DNA of 15,149 nucleotides from an uncultured Clostridiaceae bacterium. GTDB lineage: Bacteria > Bacillota > Clostridia > TANB77 > CAG-465. Every line of letters begins with the position of its first letter. Within the stretch, counting starts at the first letter, position 1. Below, one piece after another: positions 1-7,388 of the stretch. The notes under the pieces are model-generated. The model ran no database searches. It had not been told where the DNA came from and saw only the letters and a program-made list of their open reading frames with translations. The stretch covers positions 1 through 15,149 of the forward strand of contig CAYXLQ010000020.1 of assembly GCA_964465775.1 (NCBI GenBank). Reading direction: 5' to 3'. A program made the translations under genes and the position numbers.

Positions 1-1
1 T

Positions 2-73
2 TCTCTGACATCATTGTTAGGCGTACTTGCAGGTTCGTTATATCAGATACTTTTTAGATTGTTTTTAAATTAA
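2..73 (+). CDS. possible C-terminal end of a membrane protein entering from the left edge (SLTSLLGVLAGSLYQILFRLFLN*)
   Basis: Open frame 2 from the window edge to TAA at 71-73, hydrophobic translation. Too short for family assignment. Confidence 0.25.
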   Translation, partial: SLTSLLGVLAGSLYQILFRLFLN

Positions 74-429
74 CCTTGTCCTGTAACTTGTCCTGTAATA
101 TCAACAATAAATTGTATGATCCATGTTGCTCCAAATACAAGCGCAGCTCCTATTGCAAGTATACCCATACTTTTCTTAATATCTGCTTTTTGATCTGCTG
201 ATGCAAACATATATCTTACTCCAGCAAAAACAACAGCTGCTACTGCTAAAATTTGTAGTATTAATTTTACTGTATTCCAAGCTTTACCAACTGCTGTTTC
301 TACAGTTGGAATCGAACCCCCTAATGAATCAATAACAGGTGATATAGGATTGGCCATTACAGGAAGCATAAAAGCTCCTATTGCAACAACTAACATTAAT
401 GCTATCGTTATCTTATTAAATTTCTTCAT
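70..429 (-). CDS. TrbC/VirB2-like small membrane (pilin-like) protein
   Basis: MKKFNKITIALMLVVAIGAFMLPVMANPISP... signal-like N-terminus, then two hydrophobic segments (TVKLILQILAVAAVVFAGVRYMF and SMGILAIGAALVFGATWIIQFIV), typical of TrbC/VirB2. Start moved from 483 to 429 because AAGGAGG precedes the ATG at 429 and a promoter -10 lies between the two candidate starts. Confidence 0.72.
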   Translation of the reverse strand: MKKFNKITIALMLVVAIGAFMLPVMANPISPVIDSLGGSIPTVETAVGKAWNTVKLILQILAVAAVVFAGVRYMFASADQKADIKKSMGILAIGAALVFGATWIIQFIVDITGQVTGQG

Positions 430-462
430 TTTTTTCCTCCTTAAAAATGTTTTCATATCTAA

Positions 463-490
463 ATTATAGCAAAAATTAGGCATTATGCAA
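463..490 (-). promoter_or_regulatory. SigA-type promoter for the TrbC/VirB2-like gene
   Basis: On the minus strand: TTGCAT (490-485), 16 nt spacer, TATAAT (468-463) with an extended TGC immediately before the -10. Confidence 0.55.
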
Positions 491-562
491 GTCTTTTTTT
501 AGTTTTTTTCTCTTTATTCTATTATTGTAATTTTTTTGTAACAATTTGGCTTCTTATTTTTC

Positions 563-591
563 TTTACAAACCGTGTAATAATTATTATACT
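563..591 (+). promoter_or_regulatory. SigA-type promoter upstream of the M23 peptidase gene
   Basis: TTTACA (563-568), 17 nt spacer, TATACT (586-591). Confidence 0.5.
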
Positions 592-607
592 TACATTGGA
601 GGGGCCC

Positions 608-1097
608 ATGATTAAAAAATATTTTTATTCTATTTTTACATTTTTTCTTTCAATAATCTTTTTTTCAAGTAACGATGTTAACACGAATTCTACTCTATCA
701 TTTCCTATTAGATTAGATTACTATATTTCTTCTAACTACGGTTATAGAACAGTCGGTACATACCATTTCCATAATGGCATTGATATTCCTAAGCCTCCTG
801 GTACTCCTGTGTATGCTTTAGCAAATGGTGTTATAAACTATATTGGTTTTTCTTCTTCATATGGGAATTATATTATAATAACCTATAGCAATGGTTATAA
901 ATCTTTATATGGACATATGTCTGGTATCTATCCATTTTCTGTCGGTGATTATGTTACCACTAACGACATCGTTGCTTATATCGGTCCTACTCGTCTTAAA
1001 TCTGGTATACGAAATGGTTTTACTACTCGGACCACACCTCCATTTTACTATCTATAAAAACAATAAATTGCTTGATCCCCTCACAATATTCAAATAA
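608..1097 (+). pseudogene. M23-family (LytM/lysostaphin-like) peptidase, interrupted by a +1 frame disruption near 1028
   Basis: First frame encodes signal-like N-terminus and YHFHNGIDIPKPPGTPVYALANGVINYIGFSSSYGNYIIITYSNGYKSLYGHMSG, ending at 1057. The expected HxH region GPHLHFTIYKNNKLLDPLTIFK continues in the +1 frame from 1029 to 1097. ATG at 608 preceded by GGAGGGG. Confidence 0.85.
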
Positions 1098-1180
1098 ATT
1101 TATGATAACAATATTGTCTATGATATTTTATATTTACAATTAATTATTACCAAGTCAAGTATATATTACACTTACAAAAA

Positions 1181-1206
1181 AACAATAGGATATTTCACCT
1201 ATTGTT
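1181..1206. terminator. bidirectional intrinsic terminator between the M23 gene (+) and SSB-like copy 1 (-)
   Basis: Inverted repeat AACAATAGG(1181-1189)...CCTATTGTT(1198-1206), A-run upstream and T-run downstream. Confidence 0.75.
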
Positions 1207-1267
1207 TTTATCTTATAACATTGTATTGATTTACTTCAAATATCTAATTAATGCTCTTGTTCTGTTC

Positions 1268-1918
1268 TTACTTTCTATCATCTTTTAATACATCAAGTTT
1301 AGATATAGATACTTCATATGCTACTCTATTTTCTATTTTTCCGTTATCATATTTTTTTTCATAATTTCTTGATTGTATTCTTCCAACTATTTGAACTACC
1401 GTTCCAGTTTCCAAACTCTCGCAATATTTAGCATTTCTTCCCCATATGATGCAAGGTATGTAATCCGATTTATTATATGCCCGATTAATCGCAAGAGATA
1501 TATCTGCAATATCCCTTCCTAGTGGTGTTTTCCTATATGTTGGTTTTTTACATATCGTTCCTGTTGCAGTTATTTCATTTATCTCTTTAAACGCTTCGCA
1601 TAATTCTAATTGCTGGATTTCCTTTACAAAAACAAATAAAATAAGCCTGTTTTTATTGTTTTCCTCCAATTGATTATATGACCTATATTGTCCTTCAACA
1701 TAAATTGCTTTGCCTTTTTTTAAATCTCCTACATCTATTAACCTCTCTGAAATTATAACCATCAATTTGTCACTTTGTCCACTGAGTCTATTTGTTTCCA
1801 AATAGAATTTATAGAACTCTTCTCCATAGGTTTCATGACTTAGCTCAGGTGATGATGCCACTGTACCGCTCATTTTAACTATGTTATTTCCGAAAGCTTG
1901 GTCCATTGTTATTCCCAT
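1268..1918 (-). CDS. single-stranded DNA-binding protein-like, two OB-fold-like halves (copy 1)
   Basis: C-terminal half TATGTICKKPTYRKTPLGRDIADISLAINRAYNKSDYIPCIIWGRNAKYCESLETGTVVQIVGRIQSRNYEKKYDNGKIENRVAYEVSISKL matches the SSB OB-fold pattern. AAAGGAG upstream of the ATG at 1918. Confidence 0.8.
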   Translation of the reverse strand: MGITMDQAFGNNIVKMSGTVASSPELSHETYGEEFYKFYLETNRLSGQSDKLMVIISERLIDVGDLKKGKAIYVEGQYRSYNQLEENNKNRLILFVFVKEIQQLELCEAFKEINEITATGTICKKPTYRKTPLGRDIADISLAINRAYNKSDYIPCIIWGRNAKYCESLETGTVVQIVGRIQSRNYEKKYDNGKIENRVAYEVSISKLDVLKDDRK

Positions 1919-1973
1919 ATCATTCGTCTCCTTTAAAATTATTTTTTAAGAGTACATATTTAAACATACTATT

Positions 1974-2001
1974 ATTATAACATTTTATATTCAAAAGTCA
2001 A
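1974..2001 (-). promoter_or_regulatory. SigA-type promoter for SSB-like copy 1
   Basis: Minus strand TTGACT (2001-1996), 16 nt, TATAAT (1979-1974). Confidence 0.55.
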
Positions 2002-2067
2002 TTGTTATTGCACTAACCACACGTCAAACCACAATTACATTTTACATAATCTGTTGCACTTATAAAA

Positions 2068-2095
2068 AAACAATAGGATCTCTCACCTATTGTTT
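2068..2095 (-). terminator. intrinsic terminator of SSB-like copy 2
   Basis: AAACAATAGG(2068-2077)/CCTATTGTTT(2086-2095) perfect 10-bp stem, followed on the minus strand by a T-run. Confidence 0.75.
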
Positions 2096-2132
2096 AATAT
2101 TATATTATATTATATTGATTTGTTTTAATTAA

Positions 2133-2795
2133 CTAATTTATATCTTTATTTTGTTCTTCAGTACTATCTTCTTTTAACATTTCAAATTTAGACACTGATA
2201 CTTCATATGCTACTCTATTTTCTATTTTTCCGTCATCATATTTTTTTTCATATTTTCTTGCTTGTATTCTTCCAACTACTTTAACCGTTGTTCCTGTTTC
2301 TAAATTTTCACAATACTTAGCATTTCTTCCCCATATTATACAAGGAATATAATCCGATTTGTTATATGAACGATTAACTGCTAGAAGTATGTCTGCAATA
2401 TCTCTTCCTAGTGGTGTTTTTCTATATATTGGTGTTTTACATACTGTTCCTATTGCAGTAAGCTCATTAATTGTTCTAACACTTTCATTTACTTCTAATT
2501 GTTGAATTTCTTTAACAAATACCGATAAAATCAATCTACTCTTATTGTTTTCATCTATTTGATTATACGATCTATATTGCCCTTCAATATAAATTATTTT
2601 CCCTATTTTAAAGTCCTCAACATCTATTAACCTTTCTGAAATTATAACTGGCAATTTATCATTTTGTCCACTAAGTCTATTTATTTCTATGTAAAATTTG
2701 TAAAATTTTTCTCCATATATTTCATGACTTAATTCAAGTGATGATGCCACCGTACCACCCATTTTAACTATGTTATTTTCAACAGCTTGCTCCAT
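2133..2795 (-). CDS. single-stranded DNA-binding protein-like, two OB-fold-like halves (copy 2)
   Basis: Colinear with the 1268..1918 product over most of its length. AAAGGAGG upstream of the ATG at 2795. Confidence 0.8.
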   Translation of the reverse strand: MEQAVENNIVKMGGTVASSLELSHEIYGEKFYKFYIEINRLSGQNDKLPVIISERLIDVEDFKIGKIIYIEGQYRSYNQIDENNKSRLILSVFVKEIQQLEVNESVRTINELTAIGTVCKTPIYRKTPLGRDIADILLAVNRSYNKSDYIPCIIWGRNAKYCENLETGTTVKVVGRIQARKYEKKYDDGKIENRVAYEVSVSKFEMLKEDSTEEQNKDIN

Positions 2796-2847
2796 GCTTC
2801 TTCCTCCTTTGATCTTTATACCCTATTCTTATGTTTTAGACAACAAA

Positions 2848-2886
2848 AAAATTACTATGTTTTGCCTATTATATCATAGTAATTTT
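2848..2886 (-). terminator. intrinsic terminator of the TraX-family gene
   Basis: AAAATTACTATG(2848-2859)/CATAGTAATTTT(2875-2886) perfect 12-bp arms, 15-nt loop, T-run on the minus strand; located downstream of the stop at 2931. Confidence 0.65.
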
Positions 2887-2896
2887 ATTTTGTAAA
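2868..2896 (-). promoter_or_regulatory. SigA-type promoter for SSB-like copy 2
   Basis: Minus strand TTTACA (2896-2891), 17 nt, TATAAT (2873-2868). Confidence 0.6.
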
Positions 2897-2930
2897 TACT
2901 TATGTTAATGCTCTGTTATCGTATTACCTA

Positions 2931-3755
2931 TTATTTCAATAAAATCATAATCGAAGTAATGTATAATAACATGTGATGTATTGGAAAAAACGAATAATAA
3001 ATTATGTTTATCCACTTTCTTTTTTTTCCTCTTTCACCATTATATAAATATATTGGGATAATAGAGAGTAGCATATACCAATATATCGTTGTTTCATTAT
3101 TAGTAATTATATATATCATAGACAATATAATTGCTAATATATAGGTGTATTTTATGTTCTTTTCTGAAACAAATGAAAGTAATAATCCTTTCATTGATAG
3201 TGTGTTATTATTTCTGTTTATATATACAATTATTTTAAATCTTTCAATAAAATAAAATATAAGTCCAAGTATTAGTGTGTTATAGCCATAATCTATAGGT
3301 ATAAAACTGTATATCATTATTATCAAAATTAATAATAACATTTTTATAATCAAATTCCAATTGCCATTTATTTTTTTAAATATATGTTTTTCATGAATTA
3401 ACCAAAATGTAATCAATAACAAAGTAAATGAAAATACTATGTTTAAATTTGTTACAACTGATAAGTTATTCTTTCTAACATCAAACAACGAAGTAATATA
3501 AATTACTATTTGAGTTATTACTGATAATGAAAAAATTCGAAGAATATATTTTTTCAAATCTTTTGTATAAAAGAAACCTTGAACTAGCATGTACAAAAAT
3601 AGAGGCATAGATATTCTGCCTATTACCCTACATAGATAATATATGTTTGTATTTATAATATCTATAAAATAATAACCTATATGATCAATTAACATTGTTA
3701 TCATTGCTATGATTTTTAGTCCATCTCTATTTATTTCTACTTCTTTTATATTCAT
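2931..3755 (-). CDS. TraX-family multi-pass membrane protein
   Basis: DGLKIIAMITMLIDHIGYYF...YYLCRVIGRISMPLFLYMLVQGFFYTKDLKKYILRIFSLSVITQ matches the TraX N-terminal pattern; many hydrophobic segments. Confidence 0.78.
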   Translation of the reverse strand: MNIKEVEINRDGLKIIAMITMLIDHIGYYFIDIINTNIYYLCRVIGRISMPLFLYMLVQGFFYTKDLKKYILRIFSLSVITQIVIYITSLFDVRKNNLSVVTNLNIVFSFTLLLITFWLIHEKHIFKKINGNWNLIIKMLLLILIIMIYSFIPIDYGYNTLILGLIFYFIERFKIIVYINRNNNTLSMKGLLLSFVSEKNIKYTYILAIILSMIYIITNNETTIYWYMLLSIIPIYLYNGERGKKRKWINIIYYSFFPIHHMLLYITSIMILLK

Positions 3756-3769
3756 TCTTTATTATTTAC

Positions 3770-5080
3770 CTATTCTCCTCTCTCTAGTAATTCCATCATG
3801 TTTGTTTTATATGCTTCCACACCGGGTTGATCGAATGGATTTATTCCAAGTAAATATCCACTAATTGCACAAGCTTTTTCAAAAAAGTATATAAGCTGTC
3901 CCACATTATATGGTGTTAAATCTCCTATGTTAAGAGATATTACAGGTACTCCTCCATCTATATGCGCTTTATATGTTCCCATATATGCTTGCTTATTTAT
4001 ATAATCAATACTTTTACCTGCAAGATAATTTAATCCATCTATATTATCAATTGTTTCTGGCAATTTTATCTGGCTTCTATCTAATCCTATACTTATCATA
4101 GTCTCAAACATATTTCTTTTCCCTTGTTGAATATACTGCCCCATAGAATGAAGATCTGTTGTAAAATTCATTCCTGCCGGGAATATCCCCTTACCTTCCT
4201 TGCCTTCGCTTTCACCAAACAATTGCTTGTACCACTCTATGAAATAATGTAAATGAGGCTCATAACTCGACATTATTTCTATAGTCTTTCCCTTTTGATA
4301 TAGTATGTTCCTTGTTGCTGCATATCTATAGCAATCATTATTTTTAATATCCTTTTCATTATATAAATGACTTGCAAACATTGCTCCATCTAGTAATTCT
4401 TCTATATCTATTCCTGCAACTGCTATAGGAAGAAGTCCAACTGCAGTAAGTACAGAATATCTTCCACCAACGTCATCTGGAACTACAAAAGTTTCATAAT
4501 GATTTTTCTCAGCGATTTCCTTAAGTACACCTTCTTCTTTATCTGTAGTTACAAATATGCGTTCTACAGCTCCACCAACTCCATATTTTTCTTCCATAAA
4601 CATTTTTAACATTCTAAATGCTATCGCTGGTTCTAATGTTTTACCTGACTTTGATATAACATTAATTACAACGTCTTTATCTTCTATGTATTCTATCAAA
4701 CTTCTTATATACCTAGGACTTATATTATGCCCAGCATATAATATTTCTGGTCCATTTCTTTTATTGTGGCTTAGCATATTATGCATAGGATCAGTAAACA
4801 TATCTATGATAGCTTTAGCGCCAAGATATGAACCCCCAATACCAACAATTATAAACACATCTGCCTTTTTTCTTATAATATTAGCTGCTTCTATAATCCT
4901 TGCGATTTCTTCTTCATCTCTATTTTCTGGAAGTGTCATCCATCCAAGCATATCACTTCCCTTACCTGTCTTTTGCTCAAGTTTTTCGTGTGCTGCATAC
5001 ACTCTGTTTTCTATCTCCTGGTAATCATATTCCCTTATTTCTTTTATTACTCCATCAAAATTCAATTTTACTCCGTTCAT
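3770..5080 (-). CDS. pgi: glucose-6-phosphate isomerase
   Basis: IIARKKADVFIIVGIGGSYLGAKAIIDM-type segment (IVGIGGSYLGAKA), VINVISKSGKTLEPAIAFR, VGGRYSVLTAVGLLPIAVAG, NPFDQPGVEAYK. Start placed at the ATG at 5080 (GAGGTG spacing) rather than the GTG at 5089. Confidence 0.96.
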   Translation of the reverse strand: MNGVKLNFDGVIKEIREYDYQEIENRVYAAHEKLEQKTGKGSDMLGWMTLPENRDEEEIARIIEAANIIRKKADVFIIVGIGGSYLGAKAIIDMFTDPMHNMLSHNKRNGPEILYAGHNISPRYIRSLIEYIEDKDVVINVISKSGKTLEPAIAFRMLKMFMEEKYGVGGAVERIFVTTDKEEGVLKEIAEKNHYETFVVPDDVGGRYSVLTAVGLLPIAVAGIDIEELLDGAMFASHLYNEKDIKNNDCYRYAATRNILYQKGKTIEIMSSYEPHLHYFIEWYKQLFGESEGKEGKGIFPAGMNFTTDLHSMGQYIQQGKRNMFETMISIGLDRSQIKLPETIDNIDGLNYLAGKSIDYINKQAYMGTYKAHIDGGVPVISLNIGDLTPYNVGQLIYFFEKACAISGYLLGINPFDQPGVEAYKTNMMELLERGE

Positions 5081-5096
5081 ATGTTTCACCTCTTCA

Positions 5097-6233
5097 TCAA
5101 TTATTATAGAACTTATTTAAAATATTTGCAAGACATCTTGCAGAATAATATGCTTCTTCTAATGAATTCCCCGTGGTTCCAACCTCAATTAAAAAAGAAT
5201 GTTTTATCATATCTTGATTATATTTTGAATTCCTTACAATCATGGGCCTAAACAATCCCGGATACATCTCTTCTCCTAATTTTTGTAATTGCAAAGCTAA
5301 TGAAAGGTTTTCTTCCCAATATTCATTTTTATAACTTTCTGTTCCTAATCCCATTACAAACATAAGTTTTGCTACTTTTACGCCATTTATTTGTACTGTT
5401 GGCCCCTCAGTTAGATCTGCAAGAGCATCTCTATGAACGTCTATTGATAATCCTATTCTTCCCTTTGTTTCTATATTATTTTTAATCGTTTTCCTAGAAT
5501 TAGTGTATGCTATTTCATAACTTCCATAATCATGTGGCGTTGTATCAAATATGGTTTCCATGTTCTTTTCTTTTAAACTTTCATTTAATGTATTCCCTAC
5601 TGAAATCATGTTGTATTTAGCATCTCTTGTTCTATAAGTACTAGTATAATCAAATTTATAATTCTTACTATTAGTATATGACTCCGATGTATGCGTTGAA
5701 TATATTAATACCGGATCACTTTTTTTAGTAAGAGTTATATTCTTTTTATATAAGGACAAAAAATCAATGTTCTTTTGACTGGAGTAGTTCAATATAGTAG
5801 CATTGTATATTTTTATTTTTTGCATAGTATTTGTTTCATTTTTTGAATAATTTTCTTTTTCGATTTTAGCGAATACCGCTGCGCTATCTATATCTACTAA
5901 TGAAATATCAAATTCATCTTTTTTTCTAATCTTAACCTTTTCTGTTCCTGTTTCTGTTTTAATTTCTTGTTCTTTAGTTCCGCTTACTACAAAGGGTGTC
6001 TGATTTATTGCCATAACTAATATTTCTTTTTCTTTACTTTGAATTCTAATTAAATTATTTCCCATTAAAAGCAAATTGTTTTTTGTATGTTCATTTTTTA
6101 ATATTGCTTTTCCTATACATACCATAACAAATGATAATATCATGACACAAAATATGTGTTTGCTAATTTTAAAAATATTTTTAACATCAATCTTATTTTT
6201 TGATACATTAAAAAAGCCGCCTGAAATTTTCAT
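5097..6233 (-). CDS. spoIIP: stage II sporulation protein P (SpoIIP-like)
   Basis: VLIYSTHTSESYT..., ISVGNTLNESLKEKNMETIFDTTPHD, GRIGLSIDVHRDAL, HSFLIEVGTTGNSLEEAYYSARCLANIL. Confidence 0.88.
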   Translation of the reverse strand: MKISGGFFNVSKNKIDVKNIFKISKHIFCVMILSFVMVCIGKAILKNEHTKNNLLLMGNNLIRIQSKEKEILVMAINQTPFVVSGTKEQEIKTETGTEKVKIRKKDEFDISLVDIDSAAVFAKIEKENYSKNETNTMQKIKIYNATILNYSSQKNIDFLSLYKKNITLTKKSDPVLIYSTHTSESYTNSKNYKFDYTSTYRTRDAKYNMISVGNTLNESLKEKNMETIFDTTPHDYGSYEIAYTNSRKTIKNNIETKGRIGLSIDVHRDALADLTEGPTVQINGVKVAKLMFVMGLGTESYKNEYWEENLSLALQLQKLGEEMYPGLFRPMIVRNSKYNQDMIKHSFLIEVGTTGNSLEEAYYSARCLANILNKFYNN

Positions 6234-6298
6234 AAAACCACTTCACCTAGTCCTATGTTTATTACAAACAGCTATAATTTATAACTACTATTATTAAT

Positions 6299-6718
6299 TT
6301 AATCTAATAATTCTGTCATTGATTCATTATATTTCTCAAGTACTCTTACAGTTCTTTCTTTTAAATCAATAACTTCTTTTTTTATATCTAACAGTTTTTC
6401 TTTCTCTACTTCAATTAAAGTTTCTATTCTTTGTTTTTCACTTAATGCTTCTTGTCTAGCATTTTCAAGAATATTCCTTGCCTGATCTTCCGCAGTTATT
6501 AAAGCGTTGGCTACTTTTTCTTGTTTTCCGATATATTCAGTATCATAACGTTCTAACTTTTTTCTGATGATTGTAATCTCATTTGAAAGCCTATTAATTT
6601 CCGCTTTTTCCGCTTGCAAAGAGCTCTCATGATCAGCTTTCATTTCTCTTAGATATTCTTCAACTTCTTTTTTATCATATCCAAACATCTCAGAATTAAA
6701 CTTCTTTTCGTTCTCCAT
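6299..6718 (-). CDS. DivIVA-domain-like coiled-coil protein
   Basis: MENEKKFNSEMFGYDKKEVEEYLREM N-terminus (FGYdkkEVeeYL) followed by a long coiled-coil-type sequence. Confidence 0.6.
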   Translation of the reverse strand: MENEKKFNSEMFGYDKKEVEEYLREMKADHESSLQAEKAEINRLSNEITIIRKKLERYDTEYIGKQEKVANALITAEDQARNILENARQEALSEKQRIETLIEVEKEKLLDIKKEVIDLKERTVRVLEKYNESMTELLD

Positions 6719-6912
6719 TTATTACTACCTCCACTGCTACTTCTAACGCTCATTTTAACAGATTTCTATCGTTTTTTCAACACTTTCCACAAAAGTTGTT
6801 GTTTTTATAATTTTTATATATAAATATCTCCCTTTTTGTTACTATTTTATTAACTTTTTGTTATTTTGAATAATTTTAAAATTTTATTCAAATAATATTG
6901 TTGGTGATTATA

Positions 6913-7374
6913 ATGAGTTATACAAAGCTTGATATGACAAAAGAAGAATATTCAGAATATGTTAAGGAAAAGGAAAAAACAAGTCCATTAGCTAAACATT
7001 GCTTAGTTGCATTTTTGGTTGGCGGGTTAATATGTAGCATAGGTCAATTTATTTTTGATATATTGGAAAAAAAGTGTGGTTTTTCTTTTAAAAACGCTTC
7101 TACATATACAACTATTTCGCTTATCTTTATTGGTGCTTTACTTACAGCATTAAGAATTTATTGTAAAATTGGCGATAAAGCAGGAGCTGGTTCTATAATT
7201 CCTATTACTGGTTTTTCAAATTCTATTGTTTCTAGCGCTATAGAACATAAAACAGAGGGTGTAGTAATGGGTATTGGAGCTAACATGTTTAAAGTGGCTG
7301 GACCCGTAGTTGTTTATGGTATATGTTCTTCAATGATTATAGGATTTATATACTGGTTAATAAAATTGTTTTAA
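6913..7374 (+). CDS. spoVAC: stage V sporulation protein AC
   Basis: HCLVAFLVGGLICSIGQ...IGALLTALRIYCKIGDKAGAGSIIPITGFSNSIVSSAIEHKTEGVVMGIGANMFKVAGPVVVYG. Start set at the ATG at 6913, not the upstream TTG. Confidence 0.93.
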   Translation: MSYTKLDMTKEEYSEYVKEKEKTSPLAKHCLVAFLVGGLICSIGQFIFDILEKKCGFSFKNASTYTTISLIFIGALLTALRIYCKIGDKAGAGSIIPITGFSNSIVSSAIEHKTEGVVMGIGANMFKVAGPVVVYGICSSMIIGFIYWLIKLF

Positions 7375-7388
7375 GGAGGAAATAGTAA

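Larger units (their letters stand above)
1181..2795 (-). repeat. tandem duplication of an SSB-like gene plus terminator cassette
   Basis: Two adjacent same-strand homologous ORFs, each followed by a hairpin with essentially the same stem (AACAATAGG/CCTATTGTT). Confidence 0.75.

Noticed and set aside
891-1028. N-terminal part of track ORF 891..1097 as a separate gene
   Set aside because: Only the part from 1029 onward is meaningful (GPHLHF...). The upstream portion is an out-of-frame reading of the M23 domain.
2095-2116. AT microsatellite-like tract (aatattatattatattatatt)
   Set aside because: Short, in a terminator-flanking spacer, and unremarkable for this base composition.
2931-3755. TraX-family gene as proof of conjugation
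   Set aside because: TraX-family membrane proteins are common on ordinary Firmicutes chromosomes and do not by themselves indicate a conjugative element.
4557-5251. Track ORFs 4557..5024, 4900..5109 and 4973..5251 on the plus strand
   Set aside because: Antisense to the well-supported pgi and spoIIP genes, with low-complexity translations and no recognisable motifs.
6076-6297. Track ORF 6076..6297 (+)
   Set aside because: Antisense to the spoIIP N-terminal region; the hydrophobic translation mirrors the opposite-strand signal sequence.
6866-6896. SigG-like promoter before spoVAC (TTGAATA ... CAAATAAT)
   Set aside because: Biologically expected, but the -10 match and spacing are weak in this very AT-rich stretch, so not called.
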